Source: Oscillospiraceae bacterium (GTDB lineage: Bacteria; Bacillota; Clostridia; Oscillospirales; Acutalibacteraceae). From it: a stretch of DNA of 64,000 nucleotides. The stretch lies in the NCBI GenBank assembly GCA_009779495.1, contig WRED01000003.1, positions 8,459 to 72,458 on the forward strand, read 5' to 3'. A program made the position numbers and the translations under genes. Within the stretch, counting starts at the first letter, position 1. Each line of letters begins with the position of its first letter. Below, piece after piece: positions 9,881-18,196 of the stretch. The notes below the pieces were generated by a model. It was given only the letters and a program-made list of their open reading frames with translations. It did no database searches and had not been told where the DNA came from.

Positions 9881-10750
9881 ATGCAAAAAAAAGCCGTTGC
9901 TTTAGGCAACTTCGACGGACTCCATATCGGACATAAAGAGGTTATAAAAAACGCCCTGTCATGTAAAAATGACGGGCTTTTGCCTTATGCCCTGCTGTTC
10001 GGCGAGCATCCGCTTTCGGTGATCGGCCAAACGCCGCCAAGGGTTTTGATGACGCACGATCTGAAAATCGAGCGCCTGCGCGCGATAGGGCTTTCGGTGG
10101 TTGAGTTTCGCTTTGGCGAGGTAATGAACATGGCGCCCGAGACTTTCGTCGCGGACATTCTTAACCAAAGGCTTCACGCGGCGGCGGTGTGCTGCGGATA
10201 CAATTACCGCTTCGGCAAAGGCGCGGCGGCCGGCTCCGGCGACCTGCAAAGGCTCTGCTCGCGTTACGGGATCAGGACCTTGGTCAGCGGCGAGGTCGCT
10301 TTGGGCGGCGAAGCGGTCAGCTCCACGAGGATCAGGCGGCTGATCGAACGCGGCGAAATCGAAAAGGCAAACACCATGCTCGGGCGGCCGTTTTCGTATA
10401 AGCTCACGGTGATCCGGGGCGACCAGCGCGGCAGGACCATGAGCTTTCCGACGCTTAACCAGCGCTTTCCCGACGGGATGACCGTCCCGTTGCGCGGCGT
10501 ATACGCCTCCGCCACGCGGGTGGACGGCGTATGGAAAAAATCCGTGACGAACATCGGCGTGCGCCCGACCGTAGCGGCGGCTGAACCGGGCGTCCTCAGC
10601 GAAACGCACATCCCCGGCTTTGACGGCAGCCTGTACGGCAAGGCCGTCGAGGTCGAACTGCTGCGCTATATCCGGGAGGAACGCAGGTTCGGGTCGCTTG
10701 ACGAGCTGAAAGCGCAAATGCGAGCTGATACGTTGAACGCGCTCAGGTAG
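9881..10750 (+). CDS. ribF: bifunctional riboflavin kinase / FMN adenylyltransferase
   Basis: ALGNFDGLHIGHKEVI nucleotidyltransferase motif, with a C-terminal riboflavin kinase region (GRTMSFPTLN...VEVELLRYIREERRF). Confidence 0.9.
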   Translation: MQKKAVALGNFDGLHIGHKEVIKNALSCKNDGLLPYALLFGEHPLSVIGQTPPRVLMTHDLKIERLRAIGLSVVEFRFGEVMNMAPETFVADILNQRLHAAAVCCGYNYRFGKGAAAGSGDLQRLCSRYGIRTLVSGEVALGGEAVSSTRIRRLIERGEIEKANTMLGRPFSYKLTVIRGDQRGRTMSFPTLNQRFPDGMTVPLRGVYASATRVDGVWKKSVTNIGVRPTVAAAEPGVLSETHIPGFDGSLYGKAVEVELLRYIREERRFGSLDELKAQMRADTLNALR

Positions 10751-10782
10751 TTGCGCCGTGCTTTTCATGATAGTCTAAAAAA

Positions 10783-10820
10783 TTGTTTTGCGGAGAGTTT
10801 TTAAAACCCTCCGCAAAATA
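10783..10820. terminator. putative bidirectional hairpin between ribF (+) and the MinD-like gene (-)
   Basis: GCGGAGAG (10790-10797) pairs with CCCTCCGC (10807-10814) with one mismatch, flanked by T- and A-runs. It shares the string TTTTGCGGAGAGTTT with the class B repeat. Confidence 0.4.
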
Positions 10821-10823
10821 ATT

Positions 10824-11546
10824 TTATACCTCTAATGGTACCCTCTCCCCTTCTATCCGCCGCGCGATCCGTTCAAACGCCTTGTACGCCATGTTCTTCG
10901 GCGGTATCTTCATGCCGCGTATCAGGCAAAACATCAGCTGCATATTGTCAGGCACGACGCCGATCAGCCGGACGCGCGTCGAGTCGATCACGCTGTCGAT
11001 GTTGAGCAAAAAGCTCTGCTCCACGGCCTTGCGGTTAAAGCGGTTGATGACCATGCGCAGATTCGTGATCCCCAGCTCAAGCAAGCGGTCGGCGGCGGCC
11101 TCGGCGCTTCTGACGCATACCCTGTCTGGCGTCGCGACGATAATCCCCTCGTCGGCCATGGACGCCGCCAAAAGGAAGCCGTCCGATATGCCGGCAGGCG
11201 CGTCGATCAATATGTAGTCGAATTGGCCGTCATATTTTGCGATCATATCCCGCGTACTTTCCGGCGTAAAGGCTTTGTCGTGCTTCAGCGGCGCTTTCAA
11301 AAGCGAAACGCCGTCCGCCTTGACGACGGCCTTTTCCGGCTCGCATGAACCCAATAAAACGTCGCCCCAGTCGAAGATGGACTGCTTGCCCGCGTCCATG
11401 AGTATATCAAGGCTGCGAAGGCCGATATCGCTGTCAACCGCCAAAACGCGGCGGCCCATCCCCTCAAGCGCGAAGCACAGCCCCGTGGTCAGCGTGGACT
11501 TGCCGACGCCGCCTTTCCCGGACGCGATAATGATTTTCCTGGCCAT
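10824..11546 (-). CDS. MinD/ParA-family P-loop ATPase (MinD-like)
   Basis: Deviant Walker A SGKGGVGKST. It lies directly after the PBP2 gene in the mre cluster. At 240 aa it ends ...RIARRIEGERVPLEV, with no obvious C-terminal amphipathic membrane-targeting helix. Confidence 0.8.
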   Translation of the reverse strand: MARKIIIASGKGGVGKSTLTTGLCFALEGMGRRVLAVDSDIGLRSLDILMDAGKQSIFDWGDVLLGSCEPEKAVVKADGVSLLKAPLKHDKAFTPESTRDMIAKYDGQFDYILIDAPAGISDGFLLAASMADEGIIVATPDRVCVRSAEAAADRLLELGITNLRMVINRFNRKAVEQSFLLNIDSVIDSTRVRLIGVVPDNMQLMFCLIRGMKIPPKNMAYKAFERIARRIEGERVPLEV

Positions 11547-11567
11547 CTGATTTCCCCATCCATATTT

Positions 11568-13619
11568 TTATCCTATAAGAACATTCTCAAACTGCGTTTC
11601 CGCGGCCGTCCCCGTGTCGGAGAAATAATAGTCGTATATCGCGCGGACGATAGGCAGTATTTTCAGCGACGAGGAGCAGCCCTCCGCCACGACGCACAGC
11701 GCGATCTCCGGGTTTTCATACGGCGCGAAAGATACCACGAAAGAGTTATTGATCTTCTGGTTATAGCCGTTTACTTTCCTGATGACCTGCGATGTACCCG
11801 TTTTTGCCGCCACGTCAAACGGCAGGCTGCGGAAGTACTCACGGCCGTTGCCGACGCGGCAGAACGTCAGCATCCCCCGGCGCACGACGTCAAAATTTTC
11901 CTGCTTAAAGCCCGTTTCGCCCAACACATACGGGGTATTTTCAAGTATGGTCTCCTTATAGTCAAAGGACTTGACGGCCTTGACAAAATGCAGCCTGTAA
12001 CGCGTGCCGCCGTTCGCGATCACGGCGCAGTAGTTCGCGAGCTGTATCGGCGTGAACAGATTGTTCTGGCCTATGGCGCTTTGGACGTTATAGCCCAAAT
12101 ACCAGTCGCCGCCGATCGACGCCCTGTATTCGGGGCTGTCCATCCTGCCCACGGCCTCCGAAAGCTCGATGCCCGTTTCCTGTCCCAGGCCCAAAAGCAA
12201 TCTCGTCTCGTTCATTTTGGCATAGCCCAGATTTTTGCCGCATTCGTAGAAAAAACAGTTGCACGACTGGCTTATCGCCGTGTTGACATTCAGATATGAA
12301 GAATTATGGTACTGGTCGCATTTAAATTTCTGGTCAAGATATTCATAGGTGCCCGTGCAGCGGATCGTCGTTTCGGGCGTAATAAGGTTGTTCTCAAGCG
12401 CGGCCATCGCCACCGACATCTTTACGGTGGAGCCTGGCTCATATGTACCGTTCAGGGCACGGTTGTTCAGCGGCGCGTTCTCCGTATCTTTCGATAGCTC
12501 CGCGAAATCCTCCGTGAAAGTGGACACATCGTAGGTGGGATACGACGTGCAGGCCAGCACCTCTCCCGTATCCACCTTGATCACCACAAGCGCGCCGGCC
12601 GGGGCGATAGGCGTATCTATATTATGAAGCCCCTCCCTCAGCGCATCCTGCACGACTCTCTGCAAATTGATGTCGATGGTCGAAATAACCGTGTTGCCCT
12701 GAACCGTCGGGTCTATGACGGTCTCCTCCACCGCGCCGTCAGCCGTTTTCGTAACGCGCTTCGTCCCATCCTTGCCGCGCAGGTATTTCTCCATGGCGCC
12801 TTCCAGCCCGTTTTTGCCCACGATGTCGTTAATGCCGTAGCCCTCGTTCTTCAGCCGCGCGTATTCATCACTGTTTATCGCGCCCACCGTGCCTAAAATG
12901 TGCGGCGCCAACGTCCCGTCCGCATACTCGCGGTAGGAGATGACCTCAAAGGTCACGCCCTTGTAAAAGCCGTTGTTTTCCTTGATTTTCGCGACCATAT
13001 CGGTGGAAACATCCTCGGCGAAGGTGTACGGGTTCTGTATGCTGAACTGCGCCCGCTTCAGCCCGTAGCAGACCGACGCTATTTTCCTCGCTTCGGCCAA
13101 CGGATACCGCTGAAGCTTGAACATGGCGATCAGCTCGTCCATGCAGTTTTCGGCTGTCGCGTAGGCGTTCAGATTCAGGTAGTCCTTGCTTTTCATGGCC
13201 AGCACGTCGGCTTCCCTGTCAGACGGGAACACCGCCCGGCCGTTTTCGTCGAGCAGAAGCGGCAGGCTGTCGATCCATTTCTCGCCGTTTGACTCAAACA
13301 GCCTGATGAGGTTGTGGATGATGGAGTTGCGCACCTCCTGCTCTGTGGCGGGCGGGAAATACGCGCTTTCAAAAATGATGGAGTTGCCCTGCCTGTTCGT
13401 CACCAGCGGGTTGCCGTTGGTGTCCAGCAGATCCCCTCTGGATGCCTTGACGTCGGTGGTCTTGGACGAGACCTGCGCGCCGTCCTTGGCGTATACTTCA
13501 TAGTCTACGACCTGTATCTTGATCAGCGCGATGGTGAACGCGAGGAAAAATCCGCTTATAAAGACGAGCGTACCGATTCCCCGCCGCCTGTTGAACGTCT
13601 GTTGATTCTGACCCAGCAT
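11568..13619 (-). CDS. mrdA: penicillin-binding protein 2 (class B transpeptidase, elongation-type)
   Basis: N-terminal TM anchor, a PBP dimer domain and the active-site STVK (EPGSTVKMSVAMAALE). ATG at 13619 lies 7 nt after AAAGGAG. Confidence 0.85.
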   Translation of the reverse strand: MLGQNQQTFNRRRGIGTLVFISGFFLAFTIALIKIQVVDYEVYAKDGAQVSSKTTDVKASRGDLLDTNGNPLVTNRQGNSIIFESAYFPPATEQEVRNSIIHNLIRLFESNGEKWIDSLPLLLDENGRAVFPSDREADVLAMKSKDYLNLNAYATAENCMDELIAMFKLQRYPLAEARKIASVCYGLKRAQFSIQNPYTFAEDVSTDMVAKIKENNGFYKGVTFEVISYREYADGTLAPHILGTVGAINSDEYARLKNEGYGINDIVGKNGLEGAMEKYLRGKDGTKRVTKTADGAVEETVIDPTVQGNTVISTIDINLQRVVQDALREGLHNIDTPIAPAGALVVIKVDTGEVLACTSYPTYDVSTFTEDFAELSKDTENAPLNNRALNGTYEPGSTVKMSVAMAALENNLITPETTIRCTGTYEYLDQKFKCDQYHNSSYLNVNTAISQSCNCFFYECGKNLGYAKMNETRLLLGLGQETGIELSEAVGRMDSPEYRASIGGDWYLGYNVQSAIGQNNLFTPIQLANYCAVIANGGTRYRLHFVKAVKSFDYKETILENTPYVLGETGFKQENFDVVRRGMLTFCRVGNGREYFRSLPFDVAAKTGTSQVIRKVNGYNQKINNSFVVSFAPYENPEIALCVVAEGCSSSLKILPIVRAIYDYYFSDTGTAAETQFENVLIG

Positions 13620-13671
13620 GGGCAATCTCCTTTCGTTGAAAATGGAAACTAAGAACCTGTGAATACACGGC

Positions 13672-14193
13672 CTAATTCAGCCGCTTCATCGCCGCCCTGA
13701 CCAGAAAATAAAACCCGGGCAGCCACATCAGCGTATACACGCACGACGGAATATAAAAGGTGAACAGCGAAAGCGCGCCGTCCATCCTTTGCTCAAAAAC
13801 ATATACCCGCGCCCAGTAGGCAAATTGATGGATCATCGCCGCGCCCGAGCCTAAGAGCAGCGCCGTCACCAGATTGTTGCGCATAAGATGCGTAATGAGC
13901 GCCCCGCAGGCGAAGCCGATCGCGGACAGCAGGATGGCGTTGAAGCTTCCGCCGGACACGGAACACATGTCCCATAAAAGCCCCGCGAACAGACCGTACA
14001 GCACACCGGACAGCTCACGCTCGAACATCGCCACGCATACGACGGCCGGTATCAGCGGCATGGCCCTGATGCCGAACACCGAAAGCAACAGGCCCTGCGT
14101 GTTTTGAATGGCTGCCACGGCCACAAGTCCGGCGCCGAAAGCCAGCCGCCGGATCAATACGCGTTTATTTTCTATGCTGATTTTTGTGCGCAT
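13672..14193 (-). CDS. mreD: rod shape-determining protein MreD
   Basis: A 173-aa polytopic membrane protein between mreC and PBP2. RBS AGGTGGA. Confidence 0.75.
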   Translation of the reverse strand: MRTKISIENKRVLIRRLAFGAGLVAVAAIQNTQGLLLSVFGIRAMPLIPAVVCVAMFERELSGVLYGLFAGLLWDMCSVSGGSFNAILLSAIGFACGALITHLMRNNLVTALLLGSGAAMIHQFAYWARVYVFEQRMDGALSLFTFYIPSCVYTLMWLPGFYFLVRAAMKRLN

Positions 14194-14291
14194 GTGCCAA
14201 AGTCCACCTGTAACGCTTTAATGCCGTCATTGCGGCCGCCGAGCCGCAATCTCATTGAGATTCCGGCTCAAGCCCGGAATGACGGTTTTTA

Positions 14292-14453
14292 GGTAACCGC
14301 TGATTAAATCGGGGTCGTTGTATTGCCGAGAGATTTTTCCGTCAGATTGTCTGAAATTTTGCGGATAATCCTGTCGGATATCAAGAAATTTCGGGCAATC
14401 TGACGGGAAAATATCCGGCAAGACGGCGGCATCCGATTTAATCAGTGGTTACC
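14292..14453 (+). repeat. class A palindromic element (about 162 bp), copy 1
   Basis: Termini are GGTAACCGCTGATTAAATCGG ... CCGATTTAATCAGTGGTTACC. The interior is itself an imperfect long hairpin. By eye it is about 90% identical to 38407-38571. Confidence 0.8.
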
Positions 14454-14460
14454 TAGGGAC

Positions 14461-15294
14461 TCAATGCCTGAAGCCCGTGATAATAAAAACGTCGATAAGC
14501 CTTGAAAAGTCGGCGTAAGGCTCGATGACGGCGTAGGTCGAGATGTTTTCCTCGGCGTCGGCAATCTCTTTAACCTCGCCGATGAGCAACCCGCCGGGAA
14601 ATTTCCCGCCCGTGCCGGAGGAGCAGACAATGCCGCCCTGCGCGATATCCGTCGATCGCTCTATGCCCGAAAGCCTGCACAGTCCTTTCCCCGAAAGCTG
14701 CGCCGTCGTCTCGACAAAGCCGGTCTCCCTTGTCCGCGACTCAAAGGCCGCGATGTTCACGCCGGGATGCAGTATCGTCTCAACCGTGCACTGCGTCGCC
14801 ATCACGGACGTTACTACGCCCACAAAATATTTGCCGTAGATCACCGTGTTGTCGGCCTTGACCCCGTGCGCCGAGCCTTTGTTCAGCGTAAACGATCCGA
14901 AACGGTCATTGGCGTCGCGGCCGATGATCGTGGCGTTCACGTAGGAGTGATCCGGGTTCTCTCCCTTGATCTCAAGGAATTCCCTTAAAAATTCATTCTC
15001 CTGCTGAAGCCTGTAGTAGTCGGTCATGCGCTGCCTGTGTTCGCCCAGCTCCTTCTCCAGGGCGTCAACCCTGTCCTTATAGAAAGATGACGACTTGAAG
15101 CGAATCCCAAGCCCTGACATCTCTTTAGCCGCCCAAGCCGACAAACTTTGCACCGGCCGGAATATAAGGCCCGCGGCGGACGCGAAAGGCGAAGATCCGT
15201 CACGCGTCAGCGCGGCCATAACGGATCCGGCCAGCAAAAAGGCGAGCGCCACCGCCAGCATTTTGAAGCCGCTGCTTTTAAAAAAACGTTTCAT
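14461..15294 (-). CDS. mreC: rod shape-determining protein MreC
   Basis: N-terminal anchor, a coiled-coil region (LEKELGEHRQRMTDYYRLQQENEFLREFLE) and beta-rich C-terminal domains. Position between mreB and mreD. Confidence 0.85.
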   Translation of the reverse strand: MKRFFKSSGFKMLAVALAFLLAGSVMAALTRDGSSPFASAAGLIFRPVQSLSAWAAKEMSGLGIRFKSSSFYKDRVDALEKELGEHRQRMTDYYRLQQENEFLREFLEIKGENPDHSYVNATIIGRDANDRFGSFTLNKGSAHGVKADNTVIYGKYFVGVVTSVMATQCTVETILHPGVNIAAFESRTRETGFVETTAQLSGKGLCRLSGIERSTDIAQGGIVCSSGTGGKFPGGLLIGEVKEIADAEENISTYAVIEPYADFSRLIDVFIITGFRH

Positions 15295-15380
15295 ACTTAA
15301 GGCAACCTCTGAAAACCACCGTCGTTAGATTTGTGCTGAATTTTTTCGCCCATTTCGCGTATTTCGAGGGCGAATAATTT

Positions 15381-15540
15381 GGGCGTGTTTGAAAAATCCC
15401 CGTGTGCGGATTTTTGAGTGATTTTTTCGCCGCACAAGGTAAAATTGCGAAGGAATACGCCCGTATTTCAAGAAATTTTAACGCAGTGCGACGGAAAAAG
15501 CGCCAAAAAGACGTGCGCGTGGTTTTTTTCAAACACGCCC
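15381..15540. repeat. 160-bp palindromic insert in the mreB-mreC spacer, related to class B hairpin 1
   Basis: Perfect 16-bp terminal inverted repeat GGGCGTGTTTGAAAAA (15381-15396) / TTTTTCAAACACGCCC (15525-15540). Confidence 0.7.
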
Positions 15541-15621
15541 TTGTTTGTTTAACCGATAAATACGCGGAATGGACGGAAAAAGGCAGTGCAAAGATAATGG
15601 CGTGGGTTTTTAGAGGCTGTC

Positions 15622-16650
15622 TTAACTGTACCGCTTGCTCGAGAATTTCGCGATGGCATTGCTTTCCAGGCAGATGCCCGTGCCGTCCACCACGCAGTCA
15701 AGGGGCTTTTCCGCCACTAAAACGGGGATTCTTGTCTCCTCCGCGATAAGCCTGTCCAGCCCGCGCAGGAGCGCGCCGCCGCCCGTCAGCATGATGCCTC
15801 TGTCAATGATGTCGGCCGCCAGCTCCGGCGGCGTCTTTTCCAGCGTGGACTTCACCGCGTCAAGGATCTGGTTCACCGGGTCGGAAAGCGCCTCGCGCAC
15901 CTCCTCGGAGGTGATCTCGACGTGCTTGGGCAGCCCGTCCATCATGTTGCGCCCTTTGATGTCCATGGCTCCTTCGCCGTCGTAGAAATACGCCGACCCG
16001 ATCTTTATCTTGATATCCTCAGCCGTCCGTTCGCCGATGAGGAGGTTGTATTTTTTCTTGATATAGGCGATGATGGCCTCGTCGAAGCTGTTGCCCGCGA
16101 TCTTGGCCGAGCGCGACGTAACGATGTCCCCCAAAGAGATCACCGCCACCTCCGCCGTGCCTCCGCCGATATCGACGACCATGCTGCCCATCGCGTCGCT
16201 TACAGGAAGCCCTGCGCCGATCGCCGCCGCCATAGGCTCGGCGATGATGCTGACGAATTTCGCGCCGGCGCTTTTCGCCGCGTCATACACCGCACGCCGC
16301 TCCACCTCCGTCACCCCCGACGGGATGCAGATCATCACGCGGGCGCGGCTGAAGGGCGACGAGCTTATGGCGCGCCCGATAAACGCCTTGAGCATCTCCG
16401 CCGTGATCTCAAAGTCGGCGATGACGCCGTCCTTCAGCGGGCGGACAGCCGTGATCGAACCGGGCGTCCGCCCGATCATCTCTTTCGCCTCGGCTCCGAC
16501 AGCCACCACGCGCGGCGGATTGCTTTTCTGGTCCACCGCGACGACCGAAGGCTCGCGTATCACGATCCCCTTTCCCTTGACGAACACAAGGGTGTTGGCC
16601 GTACCCAAATCAATGCCGACGTCCTGTAAAAACAACATTTGCTGGATCAT
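15622..16650 (-). CDS. mreB: rod shape-determining actin homologue MreB
   Basis: [29 protein letters not shown] and [11 protein letters not shown] actin-fold motifs. The start may be the ATG at 16638 instead. Confidence 0.92.
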   Translation of the reverse strand: MIQQMLFLQDVGIDLGTANTLVFVKGKGIVIREPSVVAVDQKSNPPRVVAVGAEAKEMIGRTPGSITAVRPLKDGVIADFEITAEMLKAFIGRAISSSPFSRARVMICIPSGVTEVERRAVYDAAKSAGAKFVSIIAEPMAAAIGAGLPVSDAMGSMVVDIGGGTAEVAVISLGDIVTSRSAKIAGNSFDEAIIAYIKKKYNLLIGERTAEDIKIKIGSAYFYDGEGAMDIKGRNMMDGLPKHVEITSEEVREALSDPVNQILDAVKSTLEKTPPELAADIIDRGIMLTGGGALLRGLDRLIAEETRIPVLVAEKPLDCVVDGTGICLESNAIAKFSSKRYS

Positions 16651-16673
16651 CCTTTCGCAGACGCTATATTGGA

Positions 16674-17402
16674 TTATTTAAACTTTACTTCACTGATGAT
16701 ACTGTTAAAATCGGTTTGCGCCGCATACTCCTTGTTAACAACGCACCGAAACGGAAATACCTTTCCGTCGTGCTCCAGAAAGTATGTAATCGTATAGATA
16801 TCGCCCAGGTCATATGTCCATACCTGGCCCGTCTTTCCTGGTATCTTGATATCCTCCAGCGTATACGGAAGCTCCGTATCCCTCTCCTGCTTCATCTTCT
16901 CCCGGATCTCCTCGTATTTTACGAGAGCCTCCTCCACGGAGCCGTACATATCGCTGCCCATTCCCTGAACAAAGGCCTCCGTTTTCGGGTTGATGATATG
17001 CGGCCTGGAGATGCCGACCGACTCCCAGCCCTTGGGGATGGGCAGGGAATAGTCCACCGCCTCCACCAAATCCTTTTGCGCGATAAGGTCCGGGAAAGTG
17101 ATGGTATACGTCTGATAGTCGCCCGCTTTCATGGAACGCAGCACTTGGCCGTCCTCCCCTGTGATATATATGTCGTTCGGCGTCGTGATGGGCTTTTGGT
17201 TCGCGCTGTCTGTCGCGACCTCGATGAGGTTGCCGTGCTCGTCCCGCATGGTGCTGCCGTTTTTATCCGTCGCCAAAACGTGCGTCATGCCCTTGTCGTC
17301 CACAAGATACACGCCGTATTTGCTGTTTTTTTCGCAGGCCGCCAGCAGGAAGATAACAGCAAACAGCATAGCCACGGCGGCGGTTCCTTTTTTACCTGTC
17401 AT
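16674..17402 (-). CDS. hypothetical lipoprotein
   Basis: Signal peptide with lipobox (AVIFLLAAC). No recognisable domain. Confidence 0.6.
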   Translation of the reverse strand: MTGKKGTAAVAMLFAVIFLLAACEKNSKYGVYLVDDKGMTHVLATDKNGSTMRDEHGNLIEVATDSANQKPITTPNDIYITGEDGQVLRSMKAGDYQTYTITFPDLIAQKDLVEAVDYSLPIPKGWESVGISRPHIINPKTEAFVQGMGSDMYGSVEEALVKYEEIREKMKQERDTELPYTLEDIKIPGKTGQVWTYDLGDIYTITYFLEHDGKVFPFRCVVNKEYAAQTDFNSIISEVKFK

Positions 17403-17479
17403 TACAATCAGTCCCTACCTTTATGTTGAATGATGTTGAATAACAATTATATCACTTCTTACGCGTTATGTCAACCAAT

Positions 17480-18067
17480 TTAGTTCCCAATTTCTGTTAC
17501 AAGAAAGGCCCCTGTCCACGCCGCTACGCCGATCATCTCGAACAGCAACAGGTATCCGGCCGTTGATAACTGGAGCACCTTGATCGACGCGACCGCGCCC
17601 AAAATAGAGTTTATGATGGCCGAGTCGGCGATCCCCAGATCCGCGATGGAAACGGTGCCGTCGCAAAGCGGCTTCGCGAACTGCCCGAAAGAGATGAACA
17701 TCCCGATCACCGTGAGCACAGCCGCGCCGGACAGGCACAGTATGACGAGCTTTTTGTTGCTGAAAGCCGCGAAGCCCGTGATCACCAGCGACAGCAAAAG
17801 CGTCAGGACAAGAAACACCCCCGCGGCAATCAGCGCGGGCAGAATCGAACGCAGGCTGTCGGTCAGCTTCATGCCCTCCGACTCCGAAAACGAGAAGCCC
17901 CTGAAAAAGAGGTCGTATATCTCCCACAGGCTCAGGTTTTCGCCCACATAGCTGTTCAGCAGGACGATGTCGCCGACAATACGGAAAAGCGACGCGAACA
18001 CCGCCGTCGGCAGGGCAGTCAGCGCCAAAAGCGCCGCCACAGAGCGGTAGGTTATTTTTGATGCCAT
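17480..18067 (-). CDS. hypothetical polytopic membrane protein
   Basis: 195-aa ORF with 5-6 hydrophobic helices. The start is preceded by the class B RBS module. Confidence 0.6.
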   Translation of the reverse strand: MASKITYRSVAALLALTALPTAVFASLFRIVGDIVLLNSYVGENLSLWEIYDLFFRGFSFSESEGMKLTDSLRSILPALIAAGVFLVLTLLLSLVITGFAAFSNKKLVILCLSGAAVLTVIGMFISFGQFAKPLCDGTVSIADLGIADSAIINSILGAVASIKVLQLSTAGYLLLFEMIGVAAWTGAFLVTEIGN

Positions 18068-18070
18068 GAT

Positions 18071-18188
18071 TTATGATCCATCCTTTCTAAAGTTTTTTGC
18101 GGAACGTTTCTCAAAACTCTCTTGCATAACAACTTACGGTTTGAAAAGATAGCCAACGGCGTAAATGCCGGGCGTAATTTTTCAAACT
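18071..18188 (-). repeat. class B 5'-leader/RBS repeat module, copy A (upstream of the 195-aa membrane protein gene)
   Basis: Sense strand reads GTTTGAAAAATTACGCCCGGC...TTTTCAAACCGTAAGTTGTTATGCAAGAGAGTTTTGAGAAAC..CGCAAAAAACTTTAGAAAGGATGGATCATAAATC-ATG. It aligns with the copies at 22204, 48645 and 55101. Confidence 0.75.
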
Positions 18189-18196
18189 TCTCTTCC

